From Parachlamydiales bacterium (GTDB lineage Bacteria > Chlamydiota > Chlamydiia > Chlamydiales > Rhabdochlamydiaceae): 64,000 nt of DNA. Position 1 is the first letter of the stretch, and every line of letters begins with the position of its first letter. The translations under genes were made by a program, and so were the position numbers. Positions 48,349 to 57,920 of this stretch are shown in pieces. The stretch covers positions 1,280,001 to 1,344,000 of the forward strand of contig OY970065.1 of NCBI GenBank assembly GCA_963705295.1, read 5' to 3'. Under the pieces are notes generated by a model. It searched no databases. It saw only the letters and a program-made list of their open reading frames with translations, and was not told the origin of the DNA.

Positions 48349-48795
48349 CTATTCTGAGTCTTTCATGGAACGATCAATTAATCTTTTGGCTTCGCGGGCT
48401 TTAATGGCTGCACGCTTGTCGTACGCTTTTTTGCCGCGGGCGACGCCTAGCTTAACTTTGACAAACCCTTTTTTGAGGTACATGGCTAGGGGAATGATGG
48501 TGAGACCCTTTTCATCAACAATTGATTTCAGGCGAAGGATTTCCCGTTTATGGAGGAGGAGCTTTCGCTCCCGCCTTTCTTCGTGCGGAAAAGAACCGGC
48601 AAATTTGTAGGGAGCAATGGAGCTGTTTTTTAGATAAGGGACCATTCCATAGAATACAACATAGGCGTCTTGAAGATTTCCACCATGGTTGCGGAGCGAT
48701 TTGATTTCGCTGCCGAGTAAAATGATGCCAGCTTCAACGGTTTCGAGGATCTCATAGTGATGAAATGCCTTCCGATTTGAAACGAGATCTTCCAT
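48349..48795 (-). CDS. smpB: SsrA-binding protein
   Basis: NRKAFHHY, EAGIILLGSEIKSLR, RKLLLHKREI and GKKAYDKR. Confidence 0.97.
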   Translation of the reverse strand: MEDLVSNRKAFHHYEILETVEAGIILLGSEIKSLRNHGGNLQDAYVVFYGMVPYLKNSSIAPYKFAGSFPHEERRERKLLLHKREILRLKSIVDEKGLTIIPLAMYLKKGFVKVKLGVARGKKAYDKRAAIKAREAKRLIDRSMKDSE

Positions 48796-48797
48796 TT

Positions 48798-50111
48798 TCA
48801 CCCAAAAAGAGATTGACCGAAGGGAGTCACCATAAAACAGTCTTGACCTTCATAGGTGCCAATGGCGGTGATGCCGGCTTCGAAGAGCCATTCAAAAATC
48901 GTGGCATGGAGCGCGGTTTTTTCCTCAGGTGTATATTCAGGGATAGCATATTTCCAACATTTACCGCATTTCTTGAGCATAACGGGAAATTCACCGAGAG
49001 GTGCCATCACTCCTTTGAAAAAGTCGTCATAGAGAACCCAGCCGCAGTGAAGAACACGCCCAATCGATTTCTCCGCTTCTCGCATAACTTTTTCGGGGAC
49101 AGGAGCAGATGAGATTTTGTTTTGGGGATGCCGGTAGAGATAGAGGGCCTTATTTTCGAGCCGCATCTCCAAAAACTCTTTGGCAATTTCAGGATCTTTT
49201 AGATTTAAAAGTTCGATTTTGTCTTGGATCTGCTTCAAATACTGCGGGTCGGAAATCGGCTCTTGCAATCGAATGGCTTGGATGACAGAGGTCATATCTT
49301 CAACAAAAGAGAAATCATGGGGCCGAAACCGGACGACTTTACTGGGGTCTGAAAGGGGGGAAGGAGTCGTTGTTTTTAAAAACGTGAGATAGTCACGCCA
49401 TTCTTGAAACGGCGTTACAACAGCTTCCCACGCGTTGTCATTTTTTTGATAGCCGCTGCAGCAAACAAAGTGAAATTCCAAAAGGAGGATATATTCTTCG
49501 AGCTGCTCTTTTGAAATGCCGTATTTTTGGACGAGTTTTTTGGTCGGAATTTTAAAGTCAGGGGCACGAAACACATCTTGGGCGATGGCGACGATGGCCG
49601 GATCGGAAAAATTGAGCTCCAAGAGATACCGCTGGAAAATCTGAGGTGTCAATAAATATTTTTCAACTAACGAAGCAAAAATATTATTCGATGTCCGAGG
49701 GATCGAATACCATAAAGGAAGGACATGAATAGGGACTTTTTTAAGGAGATTTTGAAGAAATTCCATACCAGGGATGAAATCTTCATTAAATTTTTCAATT
49801 TCGGCCTCAAAATATTTCCTCATCTCTTTATCGACAACGACCGAATCGTCCTCGATGTGAAGGAGACCTGTTGTAGAGAATTTTTCGAGAATGGGAATCA
49901 ATGTTTCTTCACCGATGTCGAGATTTTTACCCATTTTTCGGATCGGCGTCTTAATTGGGCTAAAGAGAATTTCCTCGAGAACAGAGACTTCCACTACGGA
50001 AAAATCAGACAAGAGAAGACGATTTTCAATATCCCTTTTATAGTTATAATCGATAAGAGATATTTTGTTTTTCTTAACTGTTGTTTCTAGCATAAATTTT
50101 AAATTGATCAA
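48798..50111 (-). CDS. Hypothetical protein (start may be 50093)
   Basis: 437-aa ORF co-oriented with and abutting smpB; no recognised motif. Confidence 0.75.
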   Translation of the reverse strand: MINLKFMLETTVKKNKISLIDYNYKRDIENRLLLSDFSVVEVSVLEEILFSPIKTPIRKMGKNLDIGEETLIPILEKFSTTGLLHIEDDSVVVDKEMRKYFEAEIEKFNEDFIPGMEFLQNLLKKVPIHVLPLWYSIPRTSNNIFASLVEKYLLTPQIFQRYLLELNFSDPAIVAIAQDVFRAPDFKIPTKKLVQKYGISKEQLEEYILLLEFHFVCCSGYQKNDNAWEAVVTPFQEWRDYLTFLKTTTPSPLSDPSKVVRFRPHDFSFVEDMTSVIQAIRLQEPISDPQYLKQIQDKIELLNLKDPEIAKEFLEMRLENKALYLYRHPQNKISSAPVPEKVMREAEKSIGRVLHCGWVLYDDFFKGVMAPLGEFPVMLKKCGKCWKYAIPEYTPEEKTALHATIFEWLFEAGITAIGTYEGQDCFMVTPFGQSLFG

Positions 50112-50183
50112 ACCTCAACTGACAGTATATTTAATTTTCCACTTCGTGACAATAAAAAAAGTTTCATATATTTTATTTAGCCT

Positions 50184-52559
50184 ATGTACGATCACAGGCG
50201 CATTGAACAAAAGTGGCAGCATTTTTGGGAAGAAAGTGAAATTTTAGAGACGGAGGTCGACCCGAACAAGCCGAAATATTACATTCTAGATATGTTTCCG
50301 TATCCTTCTGGAGCGGGGCTCCATGTCGGCCATGTGACAGGGTACACCGCGACCGACATCATCGCTCGGTATATGAGAAATAAAGGGTACAACGTCCTTC
50401 ATCCGATGGGATGGGATAGTTTCGGGCTCCCTGCAGAACAATATGCGATTCGGACAGGACAACATCCTGCTGTCACAACCGAGGAAAACATCAACACGTA
50501 TCGTCGGCAGCTGAAGTCGCTTGGATTAAGTTACGACTGGAGCCGCGAAGTCGCCACAAGCGAACCGTCGTATTACAAATGGACCCAGTGGATTTTCACA
50601 AAGCTGTACGAGAAAGGGCTCGCCTATGAGGCAGAAGTCCTTGTCAATTTTTGTCCGGCGCTGGGAACAGTGCTGGCCAATGAAGAAGTAGAGAATGGTG
50701 TTTCGAAAGAAGGGGGATTTCCTGTTGAGCGGAGACCTCTCCGTCAATGGATTTTGAAAATCACTGCATATGCCGACCGCTTACTCGAGGATCTTCAGCT
50801 CGTCGACTGGCCCGAGTCGTTAAAACGACTCCAAATCAATTGGATTGGAAGGAGCGAGGGAGTTAAAATCCATTTTGGTGACATTACCGTTTTTACGACA
50901 TGTCCCGAAACCCTTTTTGGGGTGACCTTTTTGGTTCTAGCTCCCGAGCATCCTTTTGTAGCAGACCTACGATCAAAAGAAATCGACGATTATCGAAGGG
51001 AAGTGGCATCAAAATCGGACATGCAACGGACCGAACTGGCCAAAGAAAAGACAGGGGTTTTTACGGGTCTTTATGCCATCAATCCAGCTAATAACGAGAA
51101 GATCCCTATCTGGATCGCGGATTATGTTCTCATGAACTATGGAACGGGTGCAGTCATGGGAGTTCCAGGCGGTGACGAGCGGGACAAAGAATTTGCTGAA
51201 AAATACGGGATTCCGATCGTTCCTGTGATCGAAAAAGACGGAATAGTCGACTGGCTCGTCGAGCATCATAAAGGAGAGCGGGCGGTCGGGTATAAACTCC
51301 GCGATTGGCTTTTCTCAAGGCAACGGTATTGGGGAGAGCCGTTTCCGATTCTCCATTTCGAAGATGGGACAAAAAGAGTCCTCGATCTCGATGAACTTCC
51401 CCTCTGTCCTCCTGAACTAAAAGATTATAAACCGTCTGCTGCCGGCGAAAGTCCCTTGGCCAAAGTTAAGGAATGGGTCGAGATCATCGATCCGAAAACA
51501 GGAAAAAAAGCATGGCGCGAGACCAACACGATGCCCCAATGGGCCGGCTCATGCTGGTACTACTTGCGCTTTTGTGACCCTCACAATGACAAAGCTGCCT
51601 GGGATGACCAGAAAGAAAAATACTGGATGCCCGTCGATCTTTATGTAGGCGGAGTCGAACATGCGGTGCTCCATCTTTTGTACGCTCGTTTTTGGCACAA
51701 AGTTCTCTATGATTGTGGCTATGTTTCGACACTCGAGCCATTCCAAAAGCTCCGGAATCAAGGCCTTTTGACCGCTAGGTGCTTCCAGCTCCATTCAGGA
51801 GCTTATGTTTCTCCAGAAGAAGCCATCGAAAAAGAGGGAAAATATTATCAGATGGGGACCGATCTTCTTCTCTCGACCCATATTGAAAAAATGTCAAAAT
51901 CGAAGCTCAATGGAGTGACCCCCGATGATATGATTGAAGATTACGGAGCCGATAGTCTTCGACTCTATGAGATGTTCATGGGACCCTTTGAACAAGAAAA
52001 ACTGTGGAATACCGATGCTGTTCAAGGGTGTTACCGGTTTTTATCTCGGTTTTATGCTCTTGTTACATCGGAGAAGGTGAGCGACGAAAAACTAGAAGTT
52101 GCCTTAAAACTCGGTCATCGTCTCGTTTACCATGTTGAAAAAGATATCCAGGAGATGTCGTTCAATACTGCGATTGCCAAGATGATGGAGTTCATCAACG
52201 ATTTTTCTCCGCTGCCCACATACCCACGAGAAGTATTAAAGATGCTCACGCAGGTTCTCTATCCTTTTGCACCGCATATTGCAGAAGAAGCTTGGGAGCT
52301 TCTTGGCGGAGCTGAAAGTTTAACATTTGCACCGTTTCCAATTTTCGATCCAACCTATCTCATCGACTCTACGGCCCTTTACATTGTCCAAATCAATGGA
52401 AAACTGCGTGGCAAATGGGAACTTCCCAAAGATAAAACAGAAGCTGAAATATTGGATTTCATAAAGAAACAACCGCAAATCGCAAAACATCTCGAGGGGA
52501 CGATCGAAAAAGTGATCTTTGTGCCCAATAAACTCATCAATCTCGTGATTCATGCTTAG
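50184..52559 (+). CDS. leuS: Leucine--tRNA ligase
   Basis: MFPYPSGAGLHVGH, DWLFSRQRYWG and KMSKS. Confidence 0.98.
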   Translation: MYDHRRIEQKWQHFWEESEILETEVDPNKPKYYILDMFPYPSGAGLHVGHVTGYTATDIIARYMRNKGYNVLHPMGWDSFGLPAEQYAIRTGQHPAVTTEENINTYRRQLKSLGLSYDWSREVATSEPSYYKWTQWIFTKLYEKGLAYEAEVLVNFCPALGTVLANEEVENGVSKEGGFPVERRPLRQWILKITAYADRLLEDLQLVDWPESLKRLQINWIGRSEGVKIHFGDITVFTTCPETLFGVTFLVLAPEHPFVADLRSKEIDDYRREVASKSDMQRTELAKEKTGVFTGLYAINPANNEKIPIWIADYVLMNYGTGAVMGVPGGDERDKEFAEKYGIPIVPVIEKDGIVDWLVEHHKGERAVGYKLRDWLFSRQRYWGEPFPILHFEDGTKRVLDLDELPLCPPELKDYKPSAAGESPLAKVKEWVEIIDPKTGKKAWRETNTMPQWAGSCWYYLRFCDPHNDKAAWDDQKEKYWMPVDLYVGGVEHAVLHLLYARFWHKVLYDCGYVSTLEPFQKLRNQGLLTARCFQLHSGAYVSPEEAIEKEGKYYQMGTDLLLSTHIEKMSKSKLNGVTPDDMIEDYGADSLRLYEMFMGPFEQEKLWNTDAVQGCYRFLSRFYALVTSEKVSDEKLEVALKLGHRLVYHVEKDIQEMSFNTAIAKMMEFINDFSPLPTYPREVLKMLTQVLYPFAPHIAEEAWELLGGAESLTFAPFPIFDPTYLIDSTALYIVQINGKLRGKWELPKDKTEAEILDFIKKQPQIAKHLEGTIEKVIFVPNKLINLVIHA

Positions 52560-53799
52560 AATCTTGTACGATTTTGTCTTAGTTCTCTCAACTCTCTTCT
52601 ACTTGCCGAAATTTTTATGGGATTCGATAAGGCACCGAAAATACCGAAAATCGTTTTTAGAAAAACTCGGATTTAAACTTCCTACTTTTTCTCTTCCCCA
52701 TGATACCTTTCGCATTTGGATCCACTCGGTTTCCGTCGGCGAGACAAAGGCCGTCGCGCCGCTGGTTGAAAAGCTCCGCAATCATGCGTCTATTGTCATT
52801 TCGACGACGACAGAGACCGGTCTTGAAGAAGCCAAAAGGAGTATGCCAGAACTAGATCACTACTTTTATCTCCCTCTCGACTTTTCCTGGACGATGCGGG
52901 CCCTCGTTTCTCGGATCAAGCCCGACCTTCTCATCTTAGTCGAGACCGATTTTTGGTATAATCTTGTGAGTTACAATCCTAAGGTCGCACTCGTGAATGG
53001 AAAAATCTCAGAAACCTCTCTTGCCCGGTTCAAACTCATTCCGTTTTTTACCCGCCGTCTTTTTGAGCAGTTTGATCTCTTATGCGTCCAAAGTGGCCAG
53101 TACGCCCGCCGCTTTGAATCGCTGGGCATTGATCCGTCTAAAATCATCGTCACCGGAAACCTGAAATTCGATCAACCGTTTCCCCATATCGATCTCGCCA
53201 AATGGAAAAAAGACCTCGGCATCACTCCCCAGACTCAAGTCATCACCCTTGGTTCCACCCATGAAACCGAAGAAGATAATCTCCTCACAGCCCTCATCCC
53301 CCTTTTCGACCGGCATCCCCACTTAAAAATTCTCGTTGTTCCAAGACACCCTGAGCGGTTCCGGTCGGTTGCAGAACTCGTCGCAAAGAAAAAAATTTCC
53401 TATGGCATTTTCTCTGACCATCTCCCCAAAACTGGAAGCGAAAAAGTGATCCTCATCGATGCCATGGGCATCCTCAGCGCCTGCTATCAACTCTCTGACC
53501 TTGCGATCGTCGGCGGCAGCTTCGTTTCCCATGTCGGTGGCCACAACATCTTCGAACCAGCAGCCCTCGGGGTTCCCGTTCTCTTCGGCCCACACATGGA
53601 GTCTCAAAAAGACCTCGTCGACACCGTCCTCCAAGCCGGCGCCGGCAAGCAGGTGACTCTGGATGAATTGCCCAGCATCATCAATTCTTTCCTTGAAAAT
53701 CCCCCTCAGCAGATGAAAGAAGCCGGCCTTAAACTCGCTAGGGAAGTCGACGGAGCTACCGAGCGAACCTTCATTGCATTAAATCCTTACATCCGTTAA
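52552..53799 (+). CDS. waaA: Kdo transferase (GseA/KdtA)
   Basis: WIHSVSVGE, VTGNLKFD, GSTH, VPRHPERF and GGHNIFEP. Confidence 0.95.
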   Translation: MLRILYDFVLVLSTLFYLPKFLWDSIRHRKYRKSFLEKLGFKLPTFSLPHDTFRIWIHSVSVGETKAVAPLVEKLRNHASIVISTTTETGLEEAKRSMPELDHYFYLPLDFSWTMRALVSRIKPDLLILVETDFWYNLVSYNPKVALVNGKISETSLARFKLIPFFTRRLFEQFDLLCVQSGQYARRFESLGIDPSKIIVTGNLKFDQPFPHIDLAKWKKDLGITPQTQVITLGSTHETEEDNLLTALIPLFDRHPHLKILVVPRHPERFRSVAELVAKKKISYGIFSDHLPKTGSEKVILIDAMGILSACYQLSDLAIVGGSFVSHVGGHNIFEPAALGVPVLFGPHMESQKDLVDTVLQAGAGKQVTLDELPSIINSFLENPPQQMKEAGLKLAREVDGATERTFIALNPYIR

Positions 53800-53816
53800 T
53801 CTTACCGTCAACTTAT

Positions 53817-53889
53817 CGCGGGGTGGAGCAGTGGTTAGCTCGTTGGGCTCATAACCCAAAGGCCGGAGGTTCGAATCCTTCCCCCGCTA
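53817..53889 (+). tRNA. tRNA-fMet(CAU), initiator
   Basis: C1 is unpaired with position 72; GGG/CCC anticodon stem with CTCATAA loop. Confidence 0.95.
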
Positions 53890-53912
53890 TTTTTCATCTC
53901 TATGCTACCTAT

Positions 53913-53986
53913 GGCGGTATAGCTCAGTTGGTTAGAGCGGAGGAATCATAATCCTTGTGTCGTTGGTTCGAATCCGACTACCGCTA
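53913..53986 (+). tRNA. tRNA-Met(CAU), probably elongator
   Basis: GGCGGTATAGCTCAG...GAGGA-ATCATAA-TCCTT...GGTTCGAATCC. Confidence 0.93.
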
Positions 53987-53989
53987 ATT

Positions 53990-55663
53990 ATGACGTCTTC
54001 TACCTTTAGACCGTATCAATATCCTTATCTGTTTCAATTCCATAATGTTTTGGGTGAACTAAGCAAGCTCGGAGAACAAGGACACGAACGTCTTGCTATT
54101 GTTCCAAAAGAACACGGTTATACTCTTCAGACAAAAGCAAAACCGCTATCATTATGGGGTCGATTGTGGGTTTGGCTCTTTGGCCCCGAAGATACCGTTA
54201 AATATGTGAAAGTATCTCAATTTGCTGAGGCCTTTTTTCAAGAGAATCTACCCTTGATGCGTGATAACACTCCTCGCGATAATTTAGCAGTCCTTCCGAC
54301 ATTGTTGAAAATCCAAGCCCGTTTTCCGCAAGTCGCCGGTCTACAGCCTGCAATCACTCAAATTTTAGCTCATATAAATCAGACATTCACTGTAGCAGAT
54401 GACATCCGACGCCGGGAAAAACAAATCCTTAAAGAAGCAGAGCGGGGAGCTAAAAAAACGGTTACAGACGCGTTGAATACCACAAGAGATGAAATTGCAG
54501 CTTTAGAAGAAGAAAAAGCAAGCTTGGAAAGAAGGAATGCTGGAATACAGAGGCTCATGACCTTGCCTCCACAAACGGAAGAGAGACTCCGCGAGCTTGT
54601 TAAAAACACAACATTTTTAGATACCGTTTTTATTTGTCAAAATGGGGATGAAGTTTACGCTCACAGTTTATTTCTTCAAGATATCCATTTTTGCAGCACG
54701 GATGTTCGTGGTCATTTCCAAGAAGTAAAAAAGGAACAACATCTCTGTAAAGATGGAAAAACTCGAACTCCAATCGATCTTCGAACCTCATCTCCTGTAG
54801 GCAAAAAACATCGAAAAGAAGTTGTGGAATGCATGGTCGAATGGAGCAGATCGTTTCAATTTTATCCCATGGATGATGCATTTGCGATAGAAATTCTTGA
54901 ATTAACAGATGAACTCGGTTTCCACGCTCTGAAACAAGCGTGTCAGAAACAAATGATAAAACAAACAAAAGATCTGAATCAGGCTCTGCACTGGGTCCGT
55001 TATCCTCAATTTCCCGAAATTTTCCATCACAGCATTGACGTGATTGCTCAGCATCTGCCCGACGTCCATGAGAACTTATTCCTTCAATTTTCTCCAGAAA
55101 CCGTCATGGGTCTTTTAAAATCGGATCAAGTCCGGATCGAAAGCGAATACGAACTTTACGAACTTTTAAAGAAGTGGGCTAAGCACAATCAGATCAAAAA
55201 CCTAGCCGATTATTTAAGCCACATCCGTTTTGAATATTTTCCACCCAAAAAGCTGAAGCATAAACCCAAAGAACTCGCGCTGCAAAGTCGTCCCTGCAGA
55301 CGGTATTTTGAAATTGGCGAAGGGTTCAAATTGGTTTCTCCAGGCAACTGGGTTTTGAGGATCACGCTCGATCAAATCCTCGCCTTCTGCTTCCAAACAA
55401 ACCGGACCATCCGATCATCTCACATCTCCTTTAACAGTGAAGGTCTCCAATTGCCCCCCGATCTCGCGTACACATGGACGGTCAATTCCAAATTTGTCAC
55501 AAAGTCAAATCCAACTCACATCGAACACGGTTTAGAATTTATAACCCTCGTGCTGATGGAATTAAGAAAAAAGGAATATACTTGGTCAAAAGAAGAAATT
55601 GAAGATTTTCTCAAAGGACGAGAACTCACTCTCTATTTAAAAGTCACTTTAGAGAAATTATAA
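53990..55663 (+). CDS. Coiled-coil plus BTB/BACK-domain protein, candidate effector
   Basis: DTVFICQNGDEVYAHSLFL (BTB start) and LLKSDQVRIESEYELYELLKKW...LSHIRF (BACK). Start moved to ATG 53990 to clear the tRNA. Confidence 0.8.
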   Translation: MTSSTFRPYQYPYLFQFHNVLGELSKLGEQGHERLAIVPKEHGYTLQTKAKPLSLWGRLWVWLFGPEDTVKYVKVSQFAEAFFQENLPLMRDNTPRDNLAVLPTLLKIQARFPQVAGLQPAITQILAHINQTFTVADDIRRREKQILKEAERGAKKTVTDALNTTRDEIAALEEEKASLERRNAGIQRLMTLPPQTEERLRELVKNTTFLDTVFICQNGDEVYAHSLFLQDIHFCSTDVRGHFQEVKKEQHLCKDGKTRTPIDLRTSSPVGKKHRKEVVECMVEWSRSFQFYPMDDAFAIEILELTDELGFHALKQACQKQMIKQTKDLNQALHWVRYPQFPEIFHHSIDVIAQHLPDVHENLFLQFSPETVMGLLKSDQVRIESEYELYELLKKWAKHNQIKNLADYLSHIRFEYFPPKKLKHKPKELALQSRPCRRYFEIGEGFKLVSPGNWVLRITLDQILAFCFQTNRTIRSSHISFNSEGLQLPPDLAYTWTVNSKFVTKSNPTHIEHGLEFITLVLMELRKKEYTWSKEEIEDFLKGRELTLYLKVTLEKL

Positions 55664-55791
55664 TTCCTTCATTATTGTGTTCTCTTAAGCCAAAGAAATC
55701 TTGAGTACAAAGATGTCGTTCCTTTACTTTCGGATCTACAATCAGGGTCCAGCCACTTCCGCTTCCATTTCCATTTTCAAATTCTGCTCGC

Positions 55792-55954
55792 TATTAACCC
55801 GCTGGGCAAATAAGAGGCAAAGAGCGCTAGCGAGGCAAAGCCAGATTGATTCTCGCGAGGAATAACATTCTTGAATACGAAGGATTCCGAGCGAGAATCG
55901 ATATGGCGAAGCCGCAGCAAGCTATTTGTCTCTTATTTGCCTGGCGGGTTAATA
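55792..55954 (+). mobile_element. Palindromic MITE-like element, copy D (core I, different arms), intergenic
   Basis: 163 bp. Arms TATTAACCCGCTGGGCAAATAAGAGGCAA / TTGTCTCTTATTTGCCTGGCGGGTTAATA have three G-T pairs; core shared with copies A and B. Confidence 0.9.
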
Positions 55955-55972
55955 AACTCCACCAAAAGAAGA

Positions 55973-57868
55973 TCATTTACGGCTACTGTATTCGAGCAGA
56001 GTAGATCTTCGGATCCAATCTCGAGTGAGTGTTAATACAAGGTTTTGCATCCGTACTTTTTGCTGTGCTATCAAAACGCCCAGTAGAGGGTCGCTTCCCA
56101 GCATCTGAGTTACAACATCAGAATTGATGGCTTCGAACTCCCTTGGATGAGCAGCTTTTAGCTTTTCTTGCCAGAGCTCAGATTGTGCGAGAACTTGACA
56201 CACATCCTCTGCGGAAGTTGTTTGGGATAAAATTCTTTTTTTTGCATCTTCTAGCACGGTAAGTAGGAGTTCCGCTGACATTCCAGAGCCATAGAGCATT
56301 CCTTCTGTTGAAAAGGGAAGCTTTAAAGTTTCTCTAAGGCGTATCAGAAGACAAAGATAGACTTCGATAGGATCGCCTAGTCTGAGCTCTGCAATTTTCT
56401 CCTCGGCAATTTTGTTCAGCAAATCAAATCTTCTCATACCGAGGATGAGCTCGACCAGCTGTCGATCGGTTAACGTCGTTGATTTACAGTGAATATTCCA
56501 TAGAATTTCGATTTGAATGAAAGCGTGATCAACCCGATCGGTACAGCTCGATAGAGAATCTTCTATGATTAAAAATATCTTATCACGAAATTGTTCATGG
56601 ATGGACGCCCCTTCTAACATGTGGCCTACGCGCAAAATGACATTTGTACGAGTCCGTTTATCTTTAAAGTCCTTCGTATTTTTTAACATGCTAAGAAAGG
56701 TTACTAATAGGGCTTTTTTAGGATGGATGGATAGAGGCTGATAAAATAAAGTATCTCTTTTATTTGCCTGGGGGAATGTTTCTTTAAATAGTTTAAGCCA
56801 GAAAGTCAAAGTCTCTTCAAAAGAGGTTGCAGCTGCTGGTCTTGATCCTTCGTATATAGAGTAACGATAACCAGGTCCTTGAACAGAGGCATCTGCAAAT
56901 GCTCGATTTTGGGCTTCCCCGATCCGATTGTTTTCAGCATTAATGTTGCACCCTCTAGGAAGCATTGACAATGACCTTGGAAGGGTCGTGAGTAGATTGT
57001 GGGAGAGGTCAAGCACTCGAAGAGCCGTAAGCCTGCTAATGACTTCAGGAACTTGATCAAGGCGATTGTAGTGGAAAAAAAGCTCTCGCAGCGCCGTTAA
57101 TCGTCCTATTGCATGGGGTATTTGAGTGAGTTGATTGCTGCTTAGGGAAAGCTCTTGGAGACCGGTTAGCCCGCCGATCGATTCTGGCAAACGAGTGAGC
57201 CGATTGTTAGTGAGATAAAGTTTTTGCAGCGCCGTTAGTCGGCTGATACCTGCGGGTATTTCAGTGAGTTGATTTTCATTAAAACCAAGCAGTTCTAGAC
57301 CTGTGAGCCGGGTGATACCTGCGGGTATTTCAGTGAGTTGATTGTAGATGAAAGAAAGCTCTTTCAAAGCTGTAAGCCTGAAGAAGAGTGTATCGGATAT
57401 TTGAGTCAGTTGATTATTGGAAAGATCAAGTTTTTGCAGACCGGTTAGCCTGCCTATGGCTTCTGGTACGTGGGTGAGTTTATATCTAGAGAGGGGAAGG
57501 TCCGAAATTCCCTCGAGAGCCTTTATATGGTCATTTATCCATTGGCAAAACCTAGACACTACCTCTTCGTTGGAAGTAAAATCCTCACAGCTAGGAATGT
57601 CTACCCTTATCTTTTGACCCAGTACTTGCCAAACGACAAGGATATCACGACCTTCCGGTTGTAAGGAGAATTTGGAAGGGGGGTCTATTTTAACGACTAT
57701 CCTCTGGATAGGTGGCCGAGGCTGATGGATAAGAGGCCGAGGCTGAACCGGAGCTTGCTTTTTCTCCCAACAACGCATGACTCTATGGATAATAAATATA
57801 GTTGCACCTGTAAAGGCTATCCCCAGTGATAAATAAACTAAACTGTTAGAAATATTTTTTATAGACAT
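55973..57868 (-). CDS. LRR plus NEL-type E3 ubiquitin ligase (IpaH/SspH-like) with N-terminal hydrophobic segment
   Basis: 23-aa LRRs (LxLxxNQLTxIP), catalytic-like SSCTDR, and DPIEVYL...LRETLKLP...MLY. Confidence 0.85.
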   Translation of the reverse strand: MSIKNISNSLVYLSLGIAFTGATIFIIHRVMRCWEKKQAPVQPRPLIHQPRPPIQRIVVKIDPPSKFSLQPEGRDILVVWQVLGQKIRVDIPSCEDFTSNEEVVSRFCQWINDHIKALEGISDLPLSRYKLTHVPEAIGRLTGLQKLDLSNNQLTQISDTLFFRLTALKELSFIYNQLTEIPAGITRLTGLELLGFNENQLTEIPAGISRLTALQKLYLTNNRLTRLPESIGGLTGLQELSLSSNQLTQIPHAIGRLTALRELFFHYNRLDQVPEVISRLTALRVLDLSHNLLTTLPRSLSMLPRGCNINAENNRIGEAQNRAFADASVQGPGYRYSIYEGSRPAAATSFEETLTFWLKLFKETFPQANKRDTLFYQPLSIHPKKALLVTFLSMLKNTKDFKDKRTRTNVILRVGHMLEGASIHEQFRDKIFLIIEDSLSSCTDRVDHAFIQIEILWNIHCKSTTLTDRQLVELILGMRRFDLLNKIAEEKIAELRLGDPIEVYLCLLIRLRETLKLPFSTEGMLYGSGMSAELLLTVLEDAKKRILSQTTSAEDVCQVLAQSELWQEKLKAAHPREFEAINSDVVTQMLGSDPLLGVLIAQQKVRMQNLVLTLTRDWIRRSTLLEYSSRK

Positions 57869-57920
57869 AGAGATATTATACCGGTTTTTACCGAATAATT
57901 CTATTGAAAGGTGACTTTTA

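Noticed and set aside
53957..53989. ORF-track start overlapping tRNA-Met
   Set aside because: ATG at 53990, just after the tRNA, is more plausible.
55664..55791. Possible gene remnant interrupted by element D
   Set aside because: The reconstructed empty-site frames are short and have no recognisable motif.
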